From Felis catus (Eukaryota), in NCBI RefSeq assembly GCF_018350175.1, contig NC_058383.1, positions 3,472,001-3,536,000 on the forward strand: a DNA stretch of 64,000 nt, read 5' to 3'. The notes beneath the pieces are model-generated. The model did not search any database. It was not told the DNA's origin and was given only the letters and a program-made list of their open reading frames with translations. Positions 39,197 to 51,100 of the stretch are shown piece by piece (positions within the stretch are counted from its first letter, which is position 1; each line of letters opens with the position of its first letter). The translations under genes were made by a program, and so were the position numbers.

Positions 39197-39386
39197 ATCC
39201 TGTTCCGGGCCAAAGAGCTGGACCCCGAGCCCCGCAGCCACGTCGTGCGCGGGAACCACACGCAGTCGGCGCTGCTGACGGGTCTCCGGAAGTTTGTGCT
39301 GTACGAGCTCCAGGTGCTGGCGTTCACCCGCATCGGGAACGGAGTCCCCAGCTCTCCCCTCCTCCTGGAGCGGACCAAGGATGACG
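39197..39386 (+). CDS. SDK1: SDK1 internal exon (190 nt, phase 0-1): ILFRAKELDPEPRSHVVRGNHTQSALLTGLRKFVLYELQVLAFTRIGNGVPSSPLLLERTKDD
   Basis: Acceptor gatgctccag|ATC, donor GACG|gtacgg; within ORF 39182..39442. Confidence 0.95.
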
Positions 39387-39810
39387 GTACGGTCGCCGGG
39401 TGCTCCCACGGCCCGAACAGTTTGGATGCTTGTCATTTGTAACTTAATTTTCAGATCCCCCCTTTTTTTTTTCTCCTTGCCTTTTTTTCAGTTGAGAAAA
39501 ACAAAACAGAATTGTTTTTCAGTCACTGTTTATATGGCCAATTTCAGCCCGGAGTGAATTTTTACAGCCTAATTATGAAGCTGTGCGAATTTCAGCCGTA
39601 ACTTGGCAGCAGGCAGTGCAGTAAAGGCCGGGTGGGCTGGGGCCGTAAAACCCGCGGCCGCTTCTCCCGGGGCTGTGTGCACAAATCTGGTGAAGGACTC
39701 CGAGCCCAACCTGGGTGCCCCCGCCCTCGCGGCGCCCCCAGCTCCAGGAGACCCTGCGTGGTGTGCCAAGAGGCTGCCAGAAGTTTCTGGGTAGAGCTCT
39801 TCCCAGGCTC

Positions 39811-39843
39811 GGGGGGGGGGGGGGGGGGGGGGGGCGGGGGGGG
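39811..39843 (+). repeat. G24-C-G8 homopolymer; shorter G/C runs at ~290-303, 48331-48346 and 60836-60852
   Basis: Seen directly. Confidence 0.95.
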
Positions 39844-40621
39844 CGGCACGCCTGCCTCCAGGCGGGAACAGCACGCGCTTCTTGACGGCTCTGTTTTTAT
39901 GGAAGTCTAAATCATCAGTAAATATGGTTTTCCACTTTGCAGATGTCAAACACTTAAAGGTTATCTCTTTTACATTTTTATTGTTAAGCTGACTGTGGCA
40001 AATGTTCGGCGGGGGAGGGTGTTCTGGGGGAAAACACCAATCTCCTCCCCCCCCCCAAACTCACCTCAGGGATCAGAAGTTTCTCACGGAATTGGACCAG
40101 CTGTAGGTCTTCATACACGTGTCTGCTGAAGTCATTAAATGAGCCCCCACGGCACTCGGGCTGCCGGGTCGGAGGCCTCCTGTCCTGCAGGGGGACAGGG
40201 CGGGCATCGGGCTTCAGCTGACGACAGGAAGGAGCTCGGTTCACTGTCATGCTCATCCCATCCTGGACGCGGAGTCTTGGGGGGCTGGGGCGTGACAGGA
40301 GAAGCCAGGGCGTCCCGAGTCTCAGAGACGAAAAGTAAAAGGGGCATGTGAGAAAATGGGCCTCACAACTCGGTCAGTTACAGGTGCTGCTTGCGAGAGT
40401 ATAGGTTGGAAGTCAAGGAATGATTCTCCTTCTCTCAGAGTCGGAATTGAAGCATGTTTTCTACCCCGTCATTTCAGTGTGATCTATGTGATCTGCCTTG
40501 GGGACAGCACAGGGGGTCCGTGCCACCAAGGCTGATGTCAGAATTTGCATATGTATGAATTGGCCGTGGCGTGTGAGCCCTTAGCCTCCTTCTTATGTTT
40601 ATTTTGCCAAACATAAGTTCA

Positions 40622-40846
40622 TTTTTTTTAATGTTTTTTTAAGCTTATTTATTTATTTTGAGAGAGAGAGAGAGGGGAAGCACAAGCTGGGGCGGGGCAG
40701 AGAGAGACAGAGAATCCCAAGCAGGCTCCAGGCTGAGCTGTTGGCACAGAGCCCGATGCAGAGATCGAACCCCCAAACTGTGAGATCATGACCTGAGCCC
40801 AAATCAAGGGTCGGATTCTTAACCGACTGAGCTGCCCAGGTGTTCC
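40622..40846 (-). mobile_element. Can-SINE (first of a triple cluster)
   Basis: Reverse head cttaaccgactgagctgcccagg; TSD ccaaacaYaRgttYattt at 40607 and 40846. Confidence 0.92.
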
Positions 40847-40876
40847 CAAACACAGGTTTATTTAAACACAAGTTTA

Positions 40877-41021
40877 GGGATGCCTGGGTAGCGCATTCGG
40901 TTAAGCGTCCGACTTCGGCTCAGCTAGTAAGTTCGAGCCCCGCGTCAGGCCCTGTGCTGACAGCTCGGAGCCTGGAGCCTGTTCGGATTCTGTGTCCCCC
41001 TCTCTCTCTGCCCCTCCCCCA

Positions 41022-41077
<56 letters not shown>

Positions 41078-41095
41078 AATAAACAGTAAAAAAAA
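40877..41095 (+). mobile_element. Can-SINE (second of the cluster) with expanded (TC)25 and a small internal deletion
   Basis: gggatgcctgggtagcgcattcggttaagcgtcc head; (TC)n 41025-41074; TSD tttRaacacaRgttta at 40861-40876 and 41333-41348. Confidence 0.92.
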
Positions 41096-41100
41096 TTTTT

Positions 41101-41321
41101 TTTATTTAAAAAATTTTTTTTTCAACGTTTATTTTTGGGACAGAGAGAGACAGAGCATGAATGGGAGAGGGGCAGAGAGAGAGGGAGACACAGAATCGGA
41201 AACAGGCTCCAGGCTCTGAGCCATCAGCCCAGAGCCCGACGCGGGGCTCGAACTCACGGACCGCGAGATCGTGACCTGGCTGAAGTCGGACGCTTAACCG
41301 ACTGCGCCACGCAGGCGCCCC
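41101..41321 (-). mobile_element. Young feline Can-SINE (SINEC_Fc type) nested in the A tail of the preceding SINE
   Basis: CpGs largely intact; perfect 14-bp TSD TAAAAAAAATTTTT at 41087-41100 and 41322-41335. Confidence 0.95.
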
Positions 41322-42115
41322 TAAAAAAAATTTTTGAACACAGGTTTAAAATCTTAAATGCTCTTCTCAGCTTCATAGCCAGAGGCAGAACCCCACAGCC
41401 CCGCGTGACCGTAACACACATCATCCTGTTGTATCGATCGTTCTGTGCCCATGGCCTCTTACCTGGGAATCAATCAGTTAAGTTCCAACCAGAAGTTCTG
41501 GTACAGGCCACGCACTTCCTCGCCTGTCCGTTTAAGTAAATGTATCTTACGCAGGCTATGACCCCGTTACTAAACGGCGCCACAGTCATGATGCACCGAA
41601 GAGTTACATGTGCTTGTGAGCCTCAACTCTCCGTTTTCTAGGACGGTGCAGGAGGGGGTGGTGTGCGTAAGAGAAAAATCAGTGTTTGTCAACATGTTAC
41701 TTTGTCAGTTGGGAGGGACTAGAGGCCACCTGGTTTATCCAGCCCCTGCTAGCAGGTGTCGAGCCCCAGACCGGATTCGGGCCAGACTGGCAAAACCTCG
41801 ACACTCAGCTTGACCTGCTGGGAGCAGGTCTTACGCTCAGGGGACGCCCAGCACAGTTTGTGAGCACTTCTTCCGGAAGTTAGAAAGCAGATGAGCTGGA
41901 TTCAAAATGATTAGGATTCAAAATGGTTCTGTTTTCTCAGAACCATTAGGGGGCCACGCAGAGCGAGCTAGTTTGCAAAAGTCACTCGTAGACTCAGAGC
42001 GTCCCGTGCGTGATCAGAGCCGCCGTGCTGGCCCACAGAGTCGCGCGCAACCTCGCCACGTACCCACGTAGCACCGTAGCGGCACCTGGCTCACGGTCTC
42101 CCTTCTTCCCTCCAG

Positions 42116-42214
42116 CCCCAGGCCCACCCGTGAGGCTCGTGTTTCCTGAAGTGAGACTCACGTCCGTGCGGATCGTGTGGCAGCCGCCGGAGGAGCCCAA
42201 CGGCATCATCCTGG
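42116..42214 (+). CDS. SDK1: SDK1 internal exon (99 nt, phase 1-1): (A)PGPPVRLVFPEVRLTSVRIVWQPPEEPNGIIL
   Basis: Acceptor cccttcttccctccag|CC, donor CTGG|gtgagg; within ORF 42010..42393. Confidence 0.95.
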
Positions 42215-44619
42215 GTGAGGGAGCGGCCGCGATGTACCAGGTCGTAGCTCGGAGGGAAACAGCAGTTGGATTGATTTCATCTGGTTTTTTTACACATCAA
42301 AGAGGTTGGGGGAAAAAGACAAAGTCCTGCCCGCCGTGGCCGCGCGTTTTCCGCACTGAGAAACATGGGACCCTGGGCTGCTCTGTGAGCTGAGCGCTGA
42401 GGTTTCCTTGCAGCTGGGAATTTCCACGTTGTTCACCCAGAACCTCTTCGTTTCGTTCGCGGTTCACAACGGTACCGTGTGTAATTGGCCTTTCCTTCAG
42501 CTTCGAAGCCACGAGGCTGGCTGTTTCCATGTGTGTTTGGGATACAACAGGCTCATTTTTCACGGGAGCCAGAGGCCTGGCCTTTGCTCCCAAGTTCCAG
42601 GAGACATCCCCTGCTGCAGGGCTTGCGCCTAATCCTTTGAAGAAGTTTCCGGAGTGAATTGTGTGTGCCCTCGTCCCCCGGAAATTTGTTTGCTTTTAAC
42701 TTTTAGCAGGGCAACTCTGATAACATTGATGAAAAGCCTTAATTTTTCTTTGTTCCCCCAAGGCAGCAAGTTGTATTTTTAAAAAAATCATCAGTCCCTT
42801 ATTTATTCATGTTCTCGCCATGACGAATTAAGGGCCTCCTATATGCCTGGCGTCGTGTCCGTGGTGGGCAGTAAGGAGTGAATAAGATATGCCCGTCCTC
42901 AAGATGTGAGGTGCCCAGGGCAGCACTGGGGAGAGGCCCAAATGCAGTGCAACATGATAGGTGATGGGACACAGATTCGAGAAATGCCCCAAAGCACATC
43001 TTCCCGGGGCGAGGGGCTCTCGGTGGACAGAAGGCCACTTTGGAACTGGATCTTGCAAAGAAGTGGCTTCCGGAGCCCTGGAGGAAGGGAAGAGGGTCAT
43101 CCACTCAGCCAGACGGAATGTCTTGTGCCTCTGGTTGCGTAGACAGACCCAGGCCTGGAGATGTGGGCCGGGCCGGGGACTGCTGGGGATGGCCGGCTGC
43201 ACCAGGCAGGGGGTGCTCCTAGGCCTTGATGCGTGAAATCAGGCATCGAAAGGCACAGTATGTTCTCCAGACCGGGGCCAGCCCTCTGCTTACAGACAGG
43301 TAGCAAAATTCACCACGTCTACCTGCTTCTGACATCAGGATTCTAAGATTTGGTTCAAAGAAGGGTTCGTGTCATTAAAAAACTTTTTTTTTTTCTCATG
43401 TGTGCTGAGGCCAGTAGGGAGTCACCCAAGGACTTGGGAGCAGCAAAGTGACATAATCAGATTTGTCTTTTAGGTAATAACTAAAGGGAGAGGCAGATAT
43501 TTATTGAGTTCTTGTTTCATGGAGACGGGGCCTGGGGCGTACCTCAGTCGCCTGCACAAAGGCTGTGGCCCTCCTCGGTCTGACTCTTCCTTGTGCGGTG
43601 CCTGGAGTCACTAGATGGGGCGTCTTGCTATGAGCACGGTATTTCTGAATTGGGTGACCTTGGGAACTATAGGTTCTTGCTACTCAAATCACAATGAGCA
43701 GACGAAGAAGCCCCTGTTGAAGTATGTGTTTCGGATCCTGTCCAGATGAGACGGGATCTCAGACACCTGTTGGGCCCTGCGCCTGGAGCTCCAGACCTGG
43801 GGCGGAGGGTGGTGTGCAGGGCATAGGCTACGGCAGAGGCTTTCTGGAGCCCTCCACACAGGGCGCAGACTGCTGCCTCTTCCGGATGGAGCGTATCCGA
43901 TTACCCAGGGGACGTCCCCAGCCTGCTGTGAGACAGGAAACATGTCTGGAGCACAAAGTGTGAATTCCGACCTGTCACAGTACCCGGAGTCTCCAAGAAG
44001 CAGAGCCTCCCCTGCCTGCTGGGGGAGGGAGGCCCCACGGGCCTGGGCCTGGCAGCCCCCCTCGGCTCTGCCCTCCGCCCGTGCTCCAGTCCCAAGGCTG
44101 GTGCTAATTCTGCGCCCACCTCCGCACTCACTGTAGCCATCGTGGACTGATAAGAATCATTCTGACAGGGGGACCCCACGGGAGATGGAGGGGAGGCCAG
44201 TCAGTGTTTCATGTGTATTTCTCTCTTAGTGCAGACAGACCCGCGCTCTGATTTTGTAGCCGTGACTTTGAACTGCTCATCCGGGCTCCTCTTTGGGGAG
44301 GTTCTGGCCTCCGCCAGCACCAGCCCCCTGTGTTTACTGGTCCTCTGCCAGGGAAGACCCCTGCCCCTTCTCTGCCTTTACCGTCACATTCGATGTCACC
44401 TGTACCTGCACGTTCTCTCCACGCCCGTCCCTGCCTTCCTGCACCGACCACAATCACATGAGTCTCGCCGTCCAAAAGTAAAATCTTGTCACTTATTTTT
44501 AAGGGTCTCTCTAACATCTGTTTCTCTGATTGAAAGAGCACTTGGAAAAGGAGAATTCAGACCATGACGGAATAGAATCTTACATTATTCAGATGGAGAG
44601 CCATAGAAAGTGTGGTACC

Positions 44620-45350
44620 ACCCAGGCGAGGCAGAGATGTGGGGAAGCAGACACACTCACGTGCAATTGTTTGGAATGTGAACCGGCACAGCCTCTCTGG
44701 AGAAGAATCTGGGAACGTCTTGGCGAGGTGAACACATCTGCGCTCTACCTCCCGGGAGCCCATCAGGTCTTAAACCCTGGAGGACGTCTCACACCGGGAC
44801 CCAAGGAGAAACAGTCGGGGACACTCCTGGCTTTGAATATCGCTTTGAATAACAGGGGAAACCAAGAACCGGACATCTGAGTGTCCATCAGTAAGACCAT
44901 AAAAAGGTATATTTTGGGATATTCACCCAGCAGAAAACACGGTAGCAGTTAAAATGATGAATGAAATTACACAAGTCAATAGAAGTGAGTCTCAGAAACA
45001 TTTGTTCAGGGAAAAAAGAAGTCGCGGGAGGATATGTGCAGCCTGAGAACATTGCTGCACCTTCAGAAACTGTGTAAACGTTACTTTCCGTCATTTACGG
45101 GTACACGCGTACAGGAAGGTGTGAACACATGGGCAGGAACATACCCTGAGCTGCGACGGGGGTCACGCTGAGGAAGAACATCCAGTAGGGCCGCCGGACG
45201 GCTTCAACTCTTTCTGCCTCATCTCCCGTCTAATATGAAAACAAACAGTCCAATTTGGCAAGAATCAAAATATGTCTTCAGTTGGTTTGATGAATATATG
45301 AGTGTCCGCTCGATAGCATTTCCAGTATTTTCTGTATGCTTGAAATATTC
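44620..45350 (+). mobile_element. L1ME-like 3' fragment; an antisense L1 fragment follows at ~45500-46330
   Basis: gatgtggggaagcagacacactca...ggaatgtgaaccggcacagcctctctggag...agtgagtctcagaaaca...gaaaaaagaagtc. Confidence 0.6.
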
Positions 45351-46859
45351 ATGACAAAAAAGGGCAACTCGAAAACAAAAATGGCACATTCCCTATAAAC
45401 TTTAAAAAAAGAAACAAAATTTTAAAAAGGAACAGGAAGAAATGAGAATCACCCACAATTCCACCACCCCGAAACAATGTGAGTATCTTTGTTTCCTCCA
45501 GTCGCTGTTCTGATATTTTTATTATGAAATAGTTCACGCTTACACAGGAACCTCTTTGTTCTAGCGCGTTTACGTCGTGACGGCAGTAAACTAACACGCA
45601 TCCCTGCTGCCCAGTGTGAGATGGCGAGCCCGCCAGGCCCCCTCTGGGATTTTGTGTTTATCTCCCCGGTGGTTTCCCACGTGATTTCCCCAGAGCTGAA
45701 GTTAAGCCTAAAAATCTAATACTAGTTCTGCATGTCTTTAGACTTCATACAAACTCCAATGACAGGTTTTTCTGCAACCTCGCTCTCTTCTTCCCACGTC
45801 ACAAATACACTGGCTGTCCACGTGCGCGCACAGCAGCTTGCCCGGCCATCCCCCGGCCGGGATGGTCACAGTGCCCCCAGCGTGTCTGCAACACACGGGT
45901 GCCTGGTGCTCCCCTCCTGGCGCGTGCGCGGGAGTGTCCCCCGGGGCACCCCCCGGGAACGGCCTCGCTGAGCCACAGAGTTTGCACCTTCCAAGCTCTG
46001 CACGGTGACGCCCATGACGCCAGACCATTCTCCTAGGTAGTGACACCAGTCTGTACCCCCACCAGCACCCCCACCGCCATACACATCCGTGCCAACGCTC
46101 GACAGCCCCAGAGTCTAAATGTTTTGCCATTCTGGAAGACTTCACATGGTGGCTTGTCGTGGTTTTACGTTGGGTTTCCCCAATGGCTTCCTCAACGCCA
46201 GATGTGCGTGCCCATCCTTGCGGGTCTGGGCATTTCCTTTTCCATCTCTGTAATTTCTCCTTCTCGCTTGCTGGTTCAGCCACGCACTTAGAAGGTTTTC
46301 TTTTCTTGACGTCATGTTTATCAATTTGTCCTCGCAGGAAGGTTTTTCGGGACATCAGGTTGACCACACTGGCGGAAGCAGACACTATATGCTCCAGTAT
46401 TGTTGGGGGGTCCGCAGCGAGAACACGCTCATTCAGATGACGTAACGTTTACGTGCAGATACGTTGCAATTGAAACTTTTAAAAACACGGACCTTCTCCC
46501 AAATTGAGCAATCGTAAATAATAGGTGCAAGTGACATCTTTAGAGGTCAATTTCCACAGCGTTTCCGATGATCTCCGAGGGTACAGGCCAGAAGCAGAAT
46601 GACCCGGAGAAGGTGCTGGAACATCTCTAAGGTTCTTCACCTGTACTTCACACTCTCCGTCCAGAAGCACCGTTCATCAGTGCCCCTCACGCAGGCTCCC
46701 GTGTCACTCCACCCTCACCAACATCTACATTAATGTTTCTATGTATTGGCCAGTTTAATAGCTAAAATGTAAAATTTATATGGGGGTCATTTTCACAGTT
46801 TATTAGCCGTCAGGGTTTTTTTTTTTTTTATTCCTTTTGGGAATTCCCAGCTTGTGTTC

Positions 46860-47233
46860 TGTACTAGTTTGCTGGGGCTCCCATCGAGAGCCACAGAACA
46901 ACAGAAATCTATTTTCTGTCAACTCTGGGGGCTGGAAGTGAGAGACCCAGGCATTGGGCAGGGCCAGCGGGTCCTGGGGCCTCTCTCCTGGGCGTGCAGA
47001 CGGCGTCTCCTCCCGGTGTCCTCACCTCGTCATCCCCCTGACCCCTTCTTGTAGAGGCACCTGTCACTCCAGATCAGGGCCCACCCTAGGGACCTCATTT
47101 TACCTTAATCCTCTCTTTAAAGACCTTGTCCTCAAAAATAAAGACCCTGTCCTCAAATACAGTCATGTTGGAGGTGCTCAGGGTTAGAACTGTAACCTAA
47201 GAATTTGGGGGGATTGCCATTCAGCCCCTGACA
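46860..47233 (-). mobile_element. ERVL-MaLR solo LTR (MLT1A/B-like)
   Basis: tgtactagtttgctggggct...acaacagaaatctattt...gggcccaccct...gacctcattttaccttaat...ccattcagcccctgaca; internal duplication of taaagaccYtgtcctcaaa. Confidence 0.82.
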
Positions 47234-48034
47234 CCCCCTTTGACCATTTTTCTCTTGGGGATTAACCCTCTCCTCACTGGCTTTTCCGTGCCTGACACTT
47301 TGGCCGCATCGAAGTACCAAATGGCCGAGCGAGAGCCCAGACCCTGAAGTCCGGTCTGGCTCGGAGGCCTGGCCCTGCTGTGTTTGTGCCACGACACGGG
47401 GTCAGACAACTTAACCCGGTAAATACCAGCCAGTACGATCGTTAACGATATTATCTGCCACATACTTGCTCTTTTAACTTTGGCCACAGGGACGTTCACA
47501 GACCGCAAACGTGTGCGTCTTCCAGTCGTCTGCCGTTTCCGTGGTGGGCGAAGCCGGTGCCGTCACGTGGCCCCCGCTGTCACGTGGGGTCGGCGTTCAC
47601 CTGGTCCTCCCCAGGGCTGTTGTCTCCCGTCTGTCCCTCACTCCGAGTGGCAGGACTCCTCCCAACCAGGACTTGCAGGCGTGTCATGTGAAATGTGCTC
47701 AGGAAGCGCTCCCTGGTCCCCGTGTCCACCGGGGACGTGGTGGCAGGACCGGGACACGTGGGAGGGTTGACGGGGCTCGGCCTCTTCAGGCCGCAGAGGG
47801 CAAGACCCAGCGAGAGGAAAGGCCGAACAGCAACACGAGCCACCACGGTCTCTCGGGATCTGACTCAGCCAACTGTTTTCAGGAAGTTTCTCAGACAGCC
47901 CCAGGCGGGCGTGACTCACCCTCCCCTGCGTCCCCAGCCGGCTGCGGTCTGCGCCATAAACTTGGGGATCACGGGCTGCTTGCTTTACTCTCCCCTGTGT
48001 TGTAAGCACTGTGCTCCGGACAGGCCGAGTGGCA

Positions 48035-48195
48035 GCGTGGGTAAGCTTGCACACGTTCCTGAGCCTGTCTGTGCCTCAGTGCCCCCATCCCTCAAATGGG
48101 AATAGCACTCACCCTCGTAGCGTCGAGTGAGTTGTGCGTGAAGAACTTAGGACAGCGCCTGCCATGTAGTAAACACCCGACGGATGTCAGCTCGA
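48035..48195 (+). mobile_element. MIR fragment; further MIR pieces at ~14670-14830, 38110-38190, 54535-54700 and 56560-56650
   Basis: tctgtgcctcagt...catccctcaaatgggaatag...acagcgcctgccatgtagtaaacac. Confidence 0.6.
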
Positions 48196-51100
48196 ACGCG
48201 TGGCTGTTCGGTATTTTATCATGTCTCCTGGACCAGAGGGTGTCTTCCAGTCACCCAAGCCATCCCCCCTCACCAGCATCTACCTGGTGCTCACCAGCGG
48301 GAGTCGCATCATTGTTCTCCTCTGCCCTGGTGGGGGGGGGGGGGGGAACAGAGGTCTCGTGCCGACAAGATAGGGAGAAGAATCAGGAAAGGCAGGTTGG
48401 AGTCAGGCTATACAGTGTTCCTAAAGTACATTCAGAAGTCGGCATTGTGACCCCCGAGGCCCTGGGGGTCACTAACGGTCACAAAAGTCCAGGTAAGGAG
48501 AGGGTCGTGTTTAAATGCTTTGAGCATCCCAACCGCGGCAAAGCGGACGAACGGCCAGGCGGTGCCTCGTCCCCCCTTCGTGCAGAAAAACGCCACATTC
48601 GAGCCTCTTCCGTCAGAATGGCCTTCAGCTGAACGGTAACAAATGTTGTCTGGGCAACCCGTCACCTGGATATCATTACAGCTAGCGCACCAACTTGCAG
48701 GTGCTGTGGGGAAGATGAGAAAACAGTTCCTAAAGGTCCGGCTTGGTGTTGAAGGGAGAGAAAGGGAAACGGCTGTCTGCAGGCCTGGCTCCCAGAGACC
48801 TTGAATCAATGCTCATGCTCGGGTGGCACGGCCCTCCGACTACAGAGCCTCCGAGGCAGCCCGCGCTCTTGTAATCTGTAGCAAAACGTGTTCTTGCATT
48901 TCCAAAAAAGATTAACGGCACGAAACACCACCGGGCGCCTACAGGGAAAAACGCTTGCTTATTTGCGTAAATATTTTACCATGGAGAGCTTTTAGCATTT
49001 AGAGCCTGCCTTCGGGGGATGCGGCGAGAGCCACCCTGGGCACGGCCACCCTCCCTCGCTTGCTCCGCGCTCCCTTAAATGCCATGAAGCCAACGTGACG
49101 CGTGTGCTCTTTAAACCCACGGGGTCTGCCCCCCCCCCACCAGGCACCCCGGCGCCCTCCCCCACCTCCACCTGCCGACCGAGGGCCTAACATTTACCTT
49201 CAGCTTAGTACAGAAGGGTGTGCGAGGGCTCTGCTGAGAGGAGCGCCAGTGAGCATAATCCATGTTTGCAAATACATAGTTTTGATCCACGGCTGCGTTT
49301 GTCTGCCCCCAGCCCTCACGGATAAGCCGTAAAACCAACAAGCCCCGCGGCCTCTGGGCAGGGTGCCTCCCGGGGCCCAGGGATGTGTCACTGAGCAGGC
49401 GACTCTCAGACTGGTCCCTTTCGCTTGCCCGGGAAGCCTGTGACCACCAGCCACGTGACACGCAAGTCCCGCAGGGGGCTCTGCGTCTCAGCCTGCAGTC
49501 ACCCCGTCCGAGCGAGGCGGCTGAGATCCCCCAGGAGGCTCCCCGCGACAGCAGCATCTTAGAACCTCCTCTTGCGTCTCGTGCAGCTGATGCTTCTAGA
49601 ACTTGTCTGGAGCATGAGGCACACGCCCTCTTCTGATTGTGATTTTCTAGATGCACGTTGTTTTCTCCGCCTTCTGGGCATAATCAGAGACCGCCCGGGC
49701 GTCTCTCACGCTGGGGTTTTCATCTTAGCCTTGGATCAGTGTGGCTCGTACTTGGCCTTGCCCCTCTGGATGCCTGTATTCTTTTTCACCCAGCACTTTA
49801 AAAATCAGACTTTGCTCGGGCCGCGTTTCACTCCTGCTACTGATCCGGCTCCTCTGTTCTTTTCCTCACACCCACCGCAGCCTTCTGCCCTTGCACGGTG
49901 ACACTCAACACACTGATGTTTCTGACCTCGCTGCAGCTGTAATTACAGAACAAGCCTTTCCCACCGAAAGCTCTCATCCCGCAGCACTCTAGCTCGTTAT
50001 TCTCCGCAAACACAAGAACGGATGCTCAGCCGCTTCCTCTCGCCGTTTCTGCACAGAAGCCTCTCTTCTGGTGTCCCTTGAGTCTAGGACGTTTTCAGGA
50101 CACTTCAGCGTAAGACACAGGTGTCAATCTTCAGTTCACCAGGCCACAGAACGGGGACGAGAGGGCACGAGCCCAGTTTCAGGGCGAATAACGGGAAAGG
50201 ACGGATGTAACCCGCGGGCTGGGGGTTTTCCCCAGTGGCTCGCGTAGGAGCTGGGTCCCAGACAGACCAGCCCACGTGCCCTGCAGTTGCACACGGGTGG
50301 CAACGCTGTGCCTTGCGGTTCGCACGCGATGTGCCAGAGTCGTCGCCGTGGCGGTGGGAAGGGGGGCATCGTCGCCTCCGTGCTTCAGCGGCAGAGGAGC
50401 CCAGGGCGGTCCCGCCACGGGCACCCCCCCCCCCGTCCCAGTCAGTCCTGGTAGCACCTCCAGTGGCCGGCCCACACGGGGGAATATTACGCAGCCACTA
50501 AAGCTTGAGTTTCTGAAGGGAAAAAAAGAAATGAGGCTTTTGGGATGTGGCGAGGAGACACAAAAAGCCTGCATTTGGAGAAAAATCAGTTCTGTTTCAA
50601 GTCCCTATGCATAGAAGGATGATGGCCAGAAGCGGTCCCTGAGATCAGTGACCTCTGGGCGGCAGGGTCGCCTTGTCGCAGATGCCTTGGGCGTGGTCGG
50701 CCCTCAGAGCCTAGGCTCTCCCACCCGCAGCCAGCCAGCTGCCCAGGCCTTAGCTGCCGGGGGCCCCGCCGGGCTGCACCCTCTGCCCTGGGACCGGTCC
50801 TCTGGGGGGGACTTGCCTGCCAGCAGCCCTCAGCCCGTGACCGCTGGGAGTCGGGGGGACCACGCAGCAGCCCTCTCCACACCTCCCATCAGGCAGAGCC
50901 TTGGGGACCCGCAAGGCGACTGCCTCCTCGTGCTTGCCGTCCGCTCCCCGTGTTTCCTGGGCTCACCTCCCAAAAAAGCTCTTCGCTCCAGGCCAGGCTG
51001 GAGCCGACCGGGCCTCTCAGGACTCAAGCCGCGGCACCCCTGGAATAGACAGTGTCTTGCGTGCACAGAGCCCCCGGGCGTCCCTCTGGCATCTGCCCTG

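Noticed and set aside
42215..42393. In-frame read-through past exon donors (also at 29606, 30446, 39387 and 59040), suggesting secreted truncated isoforms
   Set aside because: Extensions of this length are expected by chance in GC-rich introns, the donors are acceptable, and there is no transcript evidence.
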